Below, in pieces: positions 21,880 to 33,590 of a DNA stretch of 35,287 bases. This DNA comes from Octopus sinensis (Eukaryota). Each line of letters begins with the position of its first letter. Positions within the stretch are counted from its first letter, which is position 1. The position numbers and the translations under genes are program-made. The DNA lies in the NCBI RefSeq assembly GCF_006345805.1, contig NW_021831658.1, positions 1 through 35,287 of the forward strand. Reading direction: 5' to 3'. Below the pieces are notes generated by a model that saw only the letters and a list, made by a program, of their open reading frames with translations, was not told where the DNA came from and did no database searches.

Positions 21880-22690
21880 TGTGGCTTAGTGGTTAAGGTA
21901 CGTAGCATATGATCATAACGTCGTCGGGTTCGTTTCGTGAATAATGCAGTGCGTTGTGACTTGAGCAAAGTCCTTCATTTAATTTTATTTCAGTCTATCC
22001 AGTTGTAATTAATGGTCTCAAATTTTGGCACAAGACCAGCAATATCGGGGAGGGGTTAAGTCGATTTCATCGACCCCCCCACCTCCACCCAGTGTTCAAC
22101 TTATTTTATCGGCCCCCGAAAGGATGAAAGGCAAAGCCGACCTCTGCGGAATTTGAACTTAGAACGTAAAAGTGGAAGAAATTCCTCTTAGTATTCGGCC
22201 CGGCGTGTTAATAATTCTTATTTCTTTATTGCGCACAAGGGGCCAAATATAGAGGGGACAAACAAGGACAGACAAAGGAATTAAGTCGATTACATCGACC
22301 CCAGTGCGTAACTGGTAATTATTTAATCGGCCCCGAAAGGATGAAAGGCTAAGTCGACCTCGGCGGAATTTGAACTCAGAACATAAAGACAGACGAAATA
22401 TCTATTTCTTTACTACCCACAAGGGGCTAAACATAGAGGGGACAAACAAGGACAGACAAACGGATTAAGTCGATTATGTCGACCCCAGTGCGTAACTGGT
22501 ACTTATTTCATCTTCCCCGAAAGGATGAAAGGCAAAGTCGACCTCGGCGGAATTTGAACTCAGAACGTAAATGCAGGCGAAATACCGCTAAGCATTTCGC
22601 CCGGCGTGTTAACAATTCTGCCAGCTCGTTGCCTCATCAGCTGTAATTATCAAGTGGATGCTGGTACAGCCATCCGTCACATCTTAGATG
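21880..22690 (+). mobile_element. Diverged SINE family B interrupted by SINE A multimer
   Basis: tggcttagtggttaagg...gggttcgtttc...gcgttgtgacttgagcaaag; resumes after 22638. Confidence 0.6.
22012..22637 (-). mobile_element. SINE family A trimer
   Basis: Three head-to-tail units; candidate TSD CAG(T/C)TGTAATTA at 22000-22011 and 22638-22649. Confidence 0.88.
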
Positions 22691-22701
22691 TTCCGCTAGA
22701 T

Positions 22702-22720
22702 CAGTGTTTCCAAAACTATT
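22702..22720 (+). mobile_element. Possible hAT/Charlie-type TIR (one end only)
   Basis: CAGTGTTTCCAAAACT preceded by CGCTAGAT (Charlie-like xxCTAGAx target); partner TIR not found. Confidence 0.3.
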
Positions 22721-23330
22721 TTCGACCCTGATCCTACTATAATATTCCAAAAAAAAAAACGTATGCTCCAATGGTGGTTGGAAAAAACAACAACTTTATT
22801 TTTGATATTTTATTCACAATTATTTAATATCAAAGAATCTACCTGTTACTCTTTTAAGTACAGGTGGCTATGGTGAAAGAATGTGTGTGGTGGACTAGTG
22901 CGAAATGTTTAGAGACAAACACTTTCTCTGGTCAATCGCTCATCAGCTTTTTTAAGTACCACTTAAAAAAGAAGGTGAGAATAGAGAGAGAGAAGCTTTG
23001 TCTCATGAAAGTATCAGTAAAATGTGGGTGAATGTAGCAAAGACAGTACGCGTGAATGACGAAACCCCTGAGCATGATACTTTGAGTGTGAGAGCGAGCA
23101 CTTTGCTCTCATGTGTTTCTTTCCCTGCCAGAGATTACCGTAGTCTTTTTCGTAGGCTTTTCTTTCCCACGGATTTTTACTCCCCCTTTTGGGAAATCTG
23201 TTATAAACATTGTTATTTTGCTGTTAACACGTCCCAAACGTTTCCGATCCCTTTTGATCGTATTTTTTTTCTTTCGAAAAGTTCCATATTGTATTGTCCC
23301 CTCTGTGTTCGGCCCGGCGTCGCTAATAAG

Positions 23331-23343
23331 TCTATCTATCCGC

Positions 23344-23417
<74 letters not shown>

Positions 23418-23421
23418 GTCG

Positions 23422-23498
<77 letters not shown>

Positions 23499-23500
23499 GT
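23331..23500. repeat. (TCTA)n array
   Basis: Direct reading. Confidence 0.97.
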
Positions 23501-23624
23501 TAGCTAGCTAGCACTTGTCTCCTTTCTAAAAAATGGGGACTTTAACCTCGGATTACCATTACTAAACTGTAATAGTGTGCCATTCAACTTGTTTTGACGA
23601 CAGTAATTTTTGGCATTGGTGGCA

Positions 23625-23781
23625 TGCATTCACACACATACACACATACGGACACATACATACACACACACACGCAAACACATGCACACGCACATCCACA
23701 CACATACACACAGTCACAGAAATATACATACGCATATGCATACACACACGCACGCACATACAAATATAAACAGATACAAAG

Positions 23782-23834
<53 letters not shown>

Positions 23835-23900
23835 CAGAAAGACACAGAGGGATAGGGAAACAGGGAAGCAGAGCTGAGAGGGAAAGAGAAAGGGAGGGAG
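23625..23900. repeat. (CA)n then (GA)n/(GACAGA)n compound array
   Basis: Direct reading. Confidence 0.93.
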
Positions 23901-24757
23901 AACAGGCGAGAATGAAAGAAACATTAAAACGAGAGCAACAATAAAAAAGGTTGATGTCAAATGGGTCAGCAGCTAATCATTGACACCAAATAGGCGGCGC
24001 CATAACCATATATATTTATGTAAAATGGGGTCTAAATGGGTCTGGAAGCGGATTAGAATTTACAGGAGGGGGAAACTTGAGGTGGGAAATTGATTGGGAG
24101 ATGTTTTGGGGCGCTACAATGGTTGCTTTGCTGTGAAAACTGGGATTTTATTGATTTTGGGGGACACTTGGGGGTCTAGATGGGACACAATTTGCCCGAT
24201 TTCAACCATAATCGTTACGTAAAATTAGGAGATTTTTAGCCATCGATGAGACCCTCTGTCACAGAGTCTACCAGCATTCTGACCACCGAGGATGTCTGCT
24301 TCGTAAATCAATTCTACTACAAGGCCCAATCTTCTGCATGACTTGAATAGTATATACGACCAATTTACTAACAATAGACTTGTAATCTCAGTTTGATCGC
24401 TAAAATATCAGTTACATGTGACTGACTAATTAAATGTAACGCATCAAGTACACGGGTATCATAGTTTAGCATTTTAAAAGTGTGGACTCAGTTCACGGTC
24501 TCTTTAATACTCCATTGCATCGGGAACCTTTTTCAAGAAGCGGGCCGCATGAACTTGACTCATCATTAGGCGAGCCGCACTATGCAAAAAAAAATTCAAG
24601 GTAACTTTTCTTTAGGCGTGACATTCAGAATACTTCACGGAGCACAGTTTTTCTGTAACTGAATTTGGCAATTTAGCTTTTAAAAGCTTCGACTTAGATC
24701 TCGTGACCTCAACTTCCTATATGTGAAGATCCTTTTCCCGCCGCCTTCCTCAACGAA

Positions 24758-24998
24758 GGAACGTGGCTTAGTGGTTAGGGCGTTGGATTCATGATCGTAA
24801 GATTGTGGTTTCGATTCCTGGACTTGGTGACGCGTTGTGTTCTTGAGAAAAATGCTTCATTTCACGTTGCTCCTGTCCGCTCAGCTGGCAAAAATCAGGA
24901 ATCCTGCGACGGATCTGTGTCCCGTCCAGGTGGGGAATATAAACTCCAAGGAAATCGGAAAACTAGCCATTAAGAGTCGGTATGACTCGAGAAGATAG
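24758..24998 (+). mobile_element. SINE family B with tail type 2
   Basis: A-box TGGCTTAGTGG, B-box-like TTCGATTCC, CORE-like block, tail ctgcgacggatctgtgtcccgtccaggtggggaa...gactcgagaag. Confidence 0.88.
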
Positions 24999-25244
24999 CT
25001 TAACTTCTTTTTCGATTTCACATCCATACTCTAAAGAACAGCGGACCCCAGGCTGGGAAACACAGCGCTATGCGGTCTGTCGATCTCCTAAAAACAGCAG
25101 TCAAACCACTCTTTCTTTAAAGCCTAATCATCTCAAACGATACAATAAGCAATGTAGTCATTCATTTACATAAAGACGAGTTGGTCACCGTTGGATCATA
25201 TTTGAACTGCTTGATGAAAACTGATTTAAACAACAGCAACGACA

Positions 25245-25312
25245 ACGCTGACGCTGACGCTGACGCTGACGCTGACGCTGACGCTGACGCTGACGCTGAC
25301 GTTGACGCTGAC
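25245..25312. repeat. (ACGCTG)n hexamer array
   Basis: About 11 units, direct reading. Confidence 0.95.
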
Positions 25313-25370
25313 GATGACGACAAGGGCGACGACGACAACCAGAGAAACAACAACAACAGCAGCAGCAATT

Positions 25371-25789
25371 GGAGGCGCAATGGCCCAGTGGTTAGGGCAG
25401 CGGACTCGCGGTTGGAGGATCGCGGTTTCGATTCCCAGACCGGGCGTTGTGTGTGTTTATTGAGCGAAAACACCTAAAGCTCCACGAGGCTCCGGCAGGG
25501 GTGGGGGGTGGCGACCCCTGTTGTACTCTTTCGCCCCAACTTTCTCTCACTCTTTCTTCCTGTTTCCTTGTCCCCGACTTCCTACGCAACCGCTGAGCCT
25601 GGATACGCATTCATCCATCCGTCGATGCTCTCGGTGTCGGGGGTTGACCTGCTTTCTCTTCTGCGGGTCTTACGAATAGCAAAGGACCACGTTTCGGACT
25701 TCTCCCACTACAGACTATTCTGAGGCGCGATCTTGCGAGCTCTGGGACGAAGACCGCTTCGCTCAACAAACAAACAAACAAACAAACAA
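25371..25789 (+). mobile_element. SINE family C with tail type 3 and (AAAC)n end, complete
   Basis: A/B boxes; tail ends in AAAC repeats; TSD-like AGCAGCAGCA at 25358-25367 and 25789-25798. Confidence 0.9.
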
Positions 25790-26070
25790 GCAGCAGCAGC
25801 AGCCATCGTTTTCTCTATCGGCTCAGCTTGTCGTTGTAAATCAATATTTTGAAGTAAAACAACACATTAATTAATTCCTTTCATCGATTTCTATTATAGA
25901 AAGGCTGTAGTCAACTTTATCGATCCTAGAACATATTCCCCATTGGGAATTAATTTATCAGTCTCAGTCGGTTTCAAATTAAAGAATTCATGTCAACACA
26001 AGCGTACACCGACAAACAGACACAGAATCTCATTCACACGAGATTTTGCCGTCCTACCTGCACAAATAAT

Positions 26071-28290
26071 TATTGGTCAACAAAATGAAACTTGCTTTAA
26101 TCATCAGAGTTGCTGATTGACTTTTCTGGGTTAATTTTTGATGCTGATTACGAATCTGAAGTCCGATTTCCTCTATCAGGTCACATTCTTTGTTAATGAT
26201 AAATGCTACTTTAACTTATAGGATTCGTAAAGCATGTCTATATAAAGTATATTGAATACAAGATACGATAATTTCATGGCTTTTTATTGTACAAAATTAA
26301 AATTATTGCGTACAAATAAGTTAGAATACGCTCAAAAGCATAACAACTGAAAATCTTTGGGATTTGGACTTTCTATGGCATTTTGTCTCAGGTTCATCCT
26401 TGTATAACATCCAACAGTAGTCAGCTAACATTCCTGCATTCCAAAATCCTTGATATCGTTGTTCCATCGATGCAATATCTTGATGAAAGCGTTCCCCTTG
26501 CTCAAAAGACACTGCTCCAAGGTTCTCTACAAAAAAGTCCAGATATGAATCAAGGAAATGAACTTTTAGTGACGTCCGACAGCCCATTGCAGCGCTAGAG
26601 TCTAGAAGACATTTCACTCCATTTCTAAACTCTAGAGATCTTTTGTTGCCTAGGAAATTTTCACAGATCGATTTGAAGGATTCCCAGGCTTTAAGCTCAA
26701 TCTCATCCAGTGCTGTGAGGAAGTGATTGTCCTTCAGGAGTTCTTTTATCTGCGCCCTCCTTCAGTTTTGCCTCGGTGAGTTTTTGAAATTTGGCCTTCA
26801 CATATAAAAAACCTTTTGAGATTTTCCTGGCAAGTGTCTTCACGAATTGTTTCATGAGGCCAAGCTTTATGTGAAGGGGGGAGAACATTTTCTGGGTTTA
26901 AAAGTGGCTTACTCTGGACGCTAGAAACTCCCAGCTCATATGATGAATACGCATCCAGGCTCAGCGGTTGCGTAGGAAGTCGGGGACAAGAAACAGGAAG
27001 AAAGAGTGAGGGAAAGTTGGAGCGAAAGAGTACAACAGGGGTCGCCACCACCCCCTGCTGGAGAATCGTGGAGCTTTAGGTGTTTTCACTCAATAAACAC
27101 ACACAACGCGCGGTCTGGGAATCGAAACCGCGATCCTCCGACCGAGAGTCCGCTGTCCTAACCACTGGTCTATTGCGCCTCCACTGCTGCTGCTGCTGTT
27201 GTTGTTGTTTCTCTGGTTGCACATAGAGCTTTGTTAGTTGCATGACTGTCCCATAGGCGTAAAAAAGCAACAATATTTCGTGAACCCAGATTGCATTCCC
27301 ATCAACATTCTAATCACCTTCAAATCTCCACATATTTTCCAGCTGTTGTTTGTAAATTTAATGGCATCGACGAGTACTTGCAAGTTTTCATAACACTCCT
27401 TCATGTGCACTGAATGTCCTATGGGAATGGATGGTTTCTCATTGCCGTTGTGTAGAGTAGTACTGCCTTGAGGTTTCTCTTAGATGAATCAATTAATAAG
27501 TGACATTCGGCCGGAACATGCTCTTGGAACAAACAGCGAAATAACTCATCTGTGTTATTACTGAAACAAAGTGGTCCATCAACAGAGAAGCATACAGTCA
27601 GATCCCTATTTTTCTTCCTGAAATGAGTAATACAAACATCTTTCTTAAGCAGACACTTTTCTTGTAGGTGAGATGCTAATAGTCCAGCTTTATCCTTCGA
27701 CAATGACAAGTATCTAACTAAATCATTTAACACTCCTTAAGAAATTTCTGTGGTACGTCTTCATTTTCAATTGTGAAATCTTCATCCACTTTGGTGTTTT
27801 CCACAGCAGTAGCATTTTCTTCAGGAAATACATCTTCGTCAGACATCTGAAGGCTATTTTCTGGTGGTATTGGAATAGGAAGATCATCATTGTTGTGTGG
27901 TACTGGTCTTCTTGCCGATTCCAAGTTGGGGTACATAATCGTATGCTTGGTCTTTACAGTAAACTCACATACATTAACGTAGCAGAAATAGCAGTCTATG
28001 AAATAATACTTTGGCTCTCTCCTTATCATAGGTATTGCAAACGGCATTGCTCTCTTATTTAGCCAATCCCTTAGTCCATTTGAACAAGCTAAGCAGATGA
28101 TGTGCGGGGCCCAAATATTATCTTGATCTCCGAGAGAGCAGCCAAAGTATAACTGGTAGATCTTCTTGATTTCACTTGTGACAGCAAGTTGCTGAACTTT
28201 GGTGGTAAATGATCCACATACATTAACTTTCGGTGTCTATCAAGCGATATACTGGATAAAAGTAGCTCTCTTATGATTCCTGTGATTTTG
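26071..28290 (-). mobile_element. Chapaev3-like (CMC superfamily) DNA transposon with disrupted DDE transposase
   Basis: CGSFT...YFGCSLGDQDNIWAPHIICLAC...MPFAIPMIRREP...DCYFC; LNDLVRYLSLSKDKAGLLASHLQE; LIDSSKRNLKAVLL; ICGDLKVI...GFTKYCCF..WD; HIKLGLMKQFVK; FLGNK; KVHFLDSYLDFFVENLGAVSFEQGERFHQDI...MLADYCW. Degenerate 3' TIR TATTGGTCAACAAAA at 26071. Frameshifts and SINE insertion; 5' TIR not found. Confidence 0.85.
26942..27210 (-). mobile_element. 3'-truncated SINE C copy inserted in the transposase
   Basis: Roughly 90% identical (hand alignment) to 25345-25615 including upstream flank; no tail, no TSD. Confidence 0.92.
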
Positions 28291-28299
28291 ACTTCACAG

Positions 28300-28838
28300 A
28301 AATAATCCTTTCTACTGAAAGCCCAAGGCCTCAAATTACATCGATCACCAGAACGTAACTGGTACTTATTTAATGAACCCCAAAAGAAAGAAAGGCAAAG
28401 TCGACCTCGGTGGAATTTGAACTTAGAACGTAGCGGCAGCATTTCGCCCGGTCTGTGGCTTCAGAGAAATAATTCTTTCTACCATAGGCACAAGGCCTGA
28501 AATTTGTGGGGACGAGACTATTAAATTACATCGACCCCAGTACCTAACTAGTACTTCATTTATCGACCCGAAAGGAGGAAAGTTAAAGTCGACTTCGGTG
28601 GAATTTGAACTTAGAACGTAGTGGCAGTATTTCGCCCGGCGTGTGGCTTCAGAGAAATAATTCTTTCTAATATAGGCACATTTGTGGGGACGGGACTAGT
28701 AAATTACATCGACCCCAGTACTTCACTGGTATTTCATTTATCGACCCCGAAAGGAAGAAAGGCAAAGTCGACCTCGGTGGAATTTGAACTTAGAACGTAG
28801 CGGCAGCATTTCGCCCGGCGTGTGGCTTCAGAGAAATA
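28300..28838 (-). mobile_element. Three tandem 5'-truncated SINE A copies
   Basis: Units separated by cttca(c/g)agaaataat; all share the same internal deletion. Confidence 0.9.
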
Positions 28839-29189
28839 ATAAAATTCCTATAAATTGAAAAAGTTATTTGCCATTTAAAACGCTGCGACTCTGCTGTCAA
28901 AGAATACTAGAAAACTAGATCACATGTCGAAACCTAAATTTCTGAATAATAATAATAATAAAAAAAAGACTACTGTAAAGCGGTTTGTTTTGGATCTCTG
29001 CTTTGTTATGATCGACCATCGACGATACCAGAAACGTTAGACATTGTTAAGGAATAAGAGTGTATTCGCTTGTCAGAGAAGTTATCAATTTTAGTTTTAA
29101 CAATGGATGACAAGAACTGGAAGGTTCAATGAGATTCTTCAAATGCCAAATTATATGGTGCCTCAAAAATTAATTGAATATACACCACT

Positions 29190-29486
29190 GACACACACAC
29201 ACACACACACACACGCACGTACACACGTACACATACAACCACACACACTCACCTCTTTCTCTCCTCTCATACACATACACACACACACACACACGCACAC
29301 CACACACACACAACACACATATATATATATATATATTATATATATATATAATATATATATATATTATATATATTATATATATAAATTAATCCAAACATGA
29401 ATATGATATTGAAATGTATTGGCTTCGTTTTATATTATATCGCAGAAACTATTAAAAAACACAGCTACACAGCCACACACACAGAG

Positions 29487-29546
<60 letters not shown>

Positions 29547-29898
29547 ATGCACACACACACTCACATGCGCATCATGGGGTTTCAATCTTAATCAAAAATA
29601 TATCAATCAAATATATTTGGTTGCTAAAATATATGTCATAGTTATGTACTTATGTGAAAAATCGCTAATAATAGTTCGTTGCCCTGTATGCGAACCCTAC
29701 ATATATATATAATATATATATATATATATGTGTGTGCGTGTGTGTGTGTGTGTGTGTGTAATGTGTGTATATATATGTGAGTAATATATAATATTATATA
29801 TATATATATATACATATATACAAATATATTGCATATTGTATATGTATATATTATATATATATTATATATATACTCACACACAAGAATAGATATATGTG

Positions 29899-29949
<51 letters not shown>

Positions 29950-30331
29950 ATATGTATATATGGTATATATGTATATATGTATATAGGTGGTGTGTGTATG
30001 TATACGAATACTACATACATATAATATACGTATATATATTATATATCTATTCATGATTATATACTATATATATAATATATATATATACTATATATACATG
30101 AATATATATAGATATAATATATTATATCGTATATATATATATATATTATATATATATGGATGTATACGAATATATTTATATACATGAATATATATCTATT
30201 CATGTGTATATATATGTCTATCTGTATATCTATGTCAATCTCTCTATATGTGCGTGTATGTGTGTCTATGTGTATAAACACACACTAGCACGCTCGTACA
30301 CACACACGCACGCACGTACACACACACACAC

Positions 30332-30382
<51 letters not shown>

Positions 30383-30493
30383 AACTACAATATCATTTCA
30401 GTACCAAAATATGTGACATTGTTGCATATTTTAATTTGTAACTCAGCAGCTTTGAAACACAGTGGAGATGCCATTTCATCACACACAGTCTCC

Positions 30494-30544
<51 letters not shown>

Positions 30545-31008
30545 TTCAATAAACTCCCCTTTTATGCACACAACACACACACACCACACACAATACACAA
30601 TACATACATACAAATATATTGCAATATAATATATATATATAATATATATTATATATATATAATATATATGTATATATATATTATATATATTATATATATA
30701 TATATATAATATATATATTATATACATATATATCTATATACATATATATATATATGCAATATATTTGTATGTATGTAGTTGTTTGTGTGTGTTTGTGGAT
30801 ATATATATAATATATATATATATATATTATATATATATATATATAGATATTATATATGTGCAAATATAATTAATCACGTGCAAGGTACTATATCTACTCA
30901 TACATACTTATAACACACACATACAGCACATATATACGTTTAAATATGCACACGCACGTATACAAACACACACAGTTTTAGATACACATAAACAATTCAC
31001 ATATAATA

Positions 31009-31045
<37 letters not shown>

Positions 31046-31170
31046 TTATTCTTTATATTTATACATATACACATATTAAGGATTGAAATATATACACCAA
31101 ACTCAAATGCGTATACTATTAGACGCGCTAACGCACGCACACACATATATGCATACACACACACATATAC
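29190..31170. repeat. ~2-kb (TA)n/(CA)n/(CT)n-rich low-complexity region
   Basis: Direct reading, with short unique spacers. Confidence 0.93.
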
Positions 31171-31175
31171 ATATA

Positions 31176-31375
31176 TTAAAATTAATGAAAGGACATATTA
31201 AGGTTGTTTACCTGCTGGAAATAACAGTCAAAACTCTTATTTAAATTGCCGAAAAAACACTGATCAGTAACTACAGAAATCAACCGTCTGCGGTTAAGGT
31301 TAAAGTTTTGGTTAAGGTTTTGACTGCTATATCCAGCAGGTAGACATACGTAGTATGCCCTTTGATTAATTTTAA
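31176..31375. mobile_element. 200-bp MITE-like palindrome with ~58-bp arms
   Basis: ttaaaattaatgaaaggacatatt...acctgctggaaataacagtcaaaac vs reverse complement ttaaaattaatcaaagggcatact...acctgctggatatagcagtcaaaaac. Confidence 0.85.
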
Positions 31376-31614
31376 TCCTTCAACTATTTAATACTTTTGG
31401 GGCCTACGATCGCCTATATTATTGAATCTGTTATTATCGATTTTAATTGTTGCACTAGATAATAAGAGAGTCAATAATGTCTTCGGAAATATTTTTTTCC
31501 TGAGTTAACGTTTAACCAATTAACGTATCATTTAATTGTTTGGTCAACTGAGTTGGCCAAAGTCCTGTTGTTGCTATCTGTGACCTCATTAATTGCGTGT
31601 TCTATCTATTCTAG

Positions 31615-31737
31615 GCTGGCAGAAACGTTAGCACGCCGGTCGAAATGATTTGCGTTTAGCCCCCTGTGGGTAGTAAAGAAATAGGTATTTCGTTTGCCGT
31701 TACGTTCTGAGTTCAAATTCGCCAGGTCGACTTTGCT
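31615..31737 (+). mobile_element. Internally deleted SINE A (head + dimer junction)
   Basis: gctggcagaaacgttagcacgccgg.../tttagcccc...aaagaaataggtatttcg...gtcgactttg. Confidence 0.85.
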
Positions 31738-31815
31738 TCAGGTTTATCTGCTTGTCTCCTCACTCAAAAGCTCTATACCTCTATATTTATATATTTGTAA
31801 GAAAGTACGTGCATC

Positions 31816-31867
<52 letters not shown>

Positions 31868-32189
31868 GAGAAACAATATAAAACGATAAAAGTCTCATAC
31901 AACGATCAGTGAATCTCCGAGGTTCATTTAGAGTAAATATTATGAGGTATAACGCTTTGGATATAGTCCTTCCTCAGATAGATAGAAAAAAAAACCCAAG
32001 GAAGAAGAGATGAAAAAGAGATAAGAAAAGTGAATCAGCAAAATATATAGTTAGATAAGAGAGAGATGGGGAGAGAAAGAGAGAGAGAGAGAGAGGGAAG
32101 GAGGGGAAGGGGAGAGAGAAGGGGAGTGAGAAAGGGAAAAAGAGAGGCAAAAGGTGACAGAGAGTGCATGATTTATACGTTTGAGTATA

Positions 32190-32613
32190 CTATTTTACTC
32201 TTTACTCTCTCTTTTATTTGTTTCAGTCATTTGACTGCGGCCATGCTGGAGCACCGCCTTTAGTCGAGCAAATCGACCCCGGGACTTATTCTTTGGAAGC
32301 CCAGTACTTACTCTATCGGTCTCTTTTTTTTTGCCGAACCGCTAAGTGACGGGGACGTAAACACACTAGCATCGGTTGTCAAGCAATGCTAGGGGGACAA
32401 ACACAGACACACAAACACGCACACACACACACACATATATATATACGTATATACGACGGGCTTCTTTCAGTTTCCGTCTACCAAATCCACTCACAAGGCT
32501 TTGGTCGGCTCGAGGCTATAGTAGAAGACACTTGCCCAAGGTGCCACGCAGTGGGACTGAACCCGGAACCATGTGGCTGGTAAACAAGCTACTTACCACA
32601 CAGCCACTATGCG
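32190..32613 (-). mobile_element. SINE family D, complete
   Basis: Reverse complement of family D head to tail. Confidence 0.93.
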
Positions 32614-33104
32614 TATTCTTTTTAGATCTTATACGTGTATGTGTGTGTGTATGTGTACGATTACTTGTATGTTTTCGTGTATTTGTTTATGTGTTTGTTT
32701 TAAATCATGAGTTGGAGTTTTTTGAACCGATAGGAAACGGTTAATTTGGCGAATTTAATGCATATTCTGATATTCTGATAACGATTTTAGTTCACCATCT
32801 CCCCAAATGTATATATTTTATGTCCTATATGATTATACTAGCTTAAAAGCCGCTGGGCAGGGCGGCTTTGAAGTTTTTAAGGCTTTGAAGCTTTTAAGCA
32901 ACTCACCCCGAATAGGGGTTGTACATCATCTCCCTCTTTCTCTCACATACCCACTCTTTCTCTCTCTTTCTCTATCTCTCCTTTTCTTTCTCATTGCCTA
33001 CAATTACTCTCACCCGATCATGAGGTATAGTAGGAGTGTCATTGAATAGTGTGAGAAAGAGAGAGGGTCTAAGTGCGACATTCTGACTTGTTTTGGAGAA
33101 TTTG

Positions 33105-33236
33105 TTGCCTTTCATCCTTTTGGGGTCGATAAAATGAGCACCAGTTACGTACTGGGGGTCCATGTAATCGACTTAATCCCTTCCCCCCCCCAAAAAAAAA
33201 ATTTGAGGCCTTGTACTTCCAGTAAAAAGGATTTAT
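33105..33236 (+). mobile_element. SINE family A 3' fragment
   Basis: ttgcctttcatcc...ggggtcgataaa...ccagttacgtactggggg. Confidence 0.85.
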
Positions 33237-33279
33237 TGAAGTTGAAAACGTGTGACCCACTGACGTTCACATTTACTAT

Positions 33280-33590
33280 ATTAGATTGTTTATTTTCGGC
33301 GTAACTTTAGTTCAATTATAGTGTATTTCATATTTCGAAACGTAGAGTAGATGAAACCTAGGGCGACTGAAGAAGAGGTTTGTTCTTTGTGTTAATTGTC
33401 CTGTACTCTATTTTCTGCTGTTTTTTAAAAAATGTCCAGTTCCTTTCGTTTGTGTCTATGTTTTCGTTTCTCATTGTGTTCGACGTCCTTTTGGTGTCCT
33501 GTACTCATATATGCGTGTATATATACATGTAGAGGTATGTACGTACATATATGTTTATATATATGCATATGTTTTATTTTATTTATTAAT
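33280..33590 (+). mobile_element. T-rich non-autonomous repeat (PLE-like), copy 1
   Basis: Homologous to 34570-34838 (gcga..ctga.ga.g.gg...tgtg...gtcctgta; gtatatatacatgtaga.gta.gtacgt); abuts (TA)n. Confidence 0.55.

Noticed and set aside
24510-24600. hAT-MITE-like text (gggaacctttttcaagaagcgggccgc)
   Set aside because: No paired TIR or TSD could be shown.
25181-25477. ADADAD/poly-N ORF resembling an acidic repeat protein
   Set aside because: Hexamer microsatellite read through into a SINE head.
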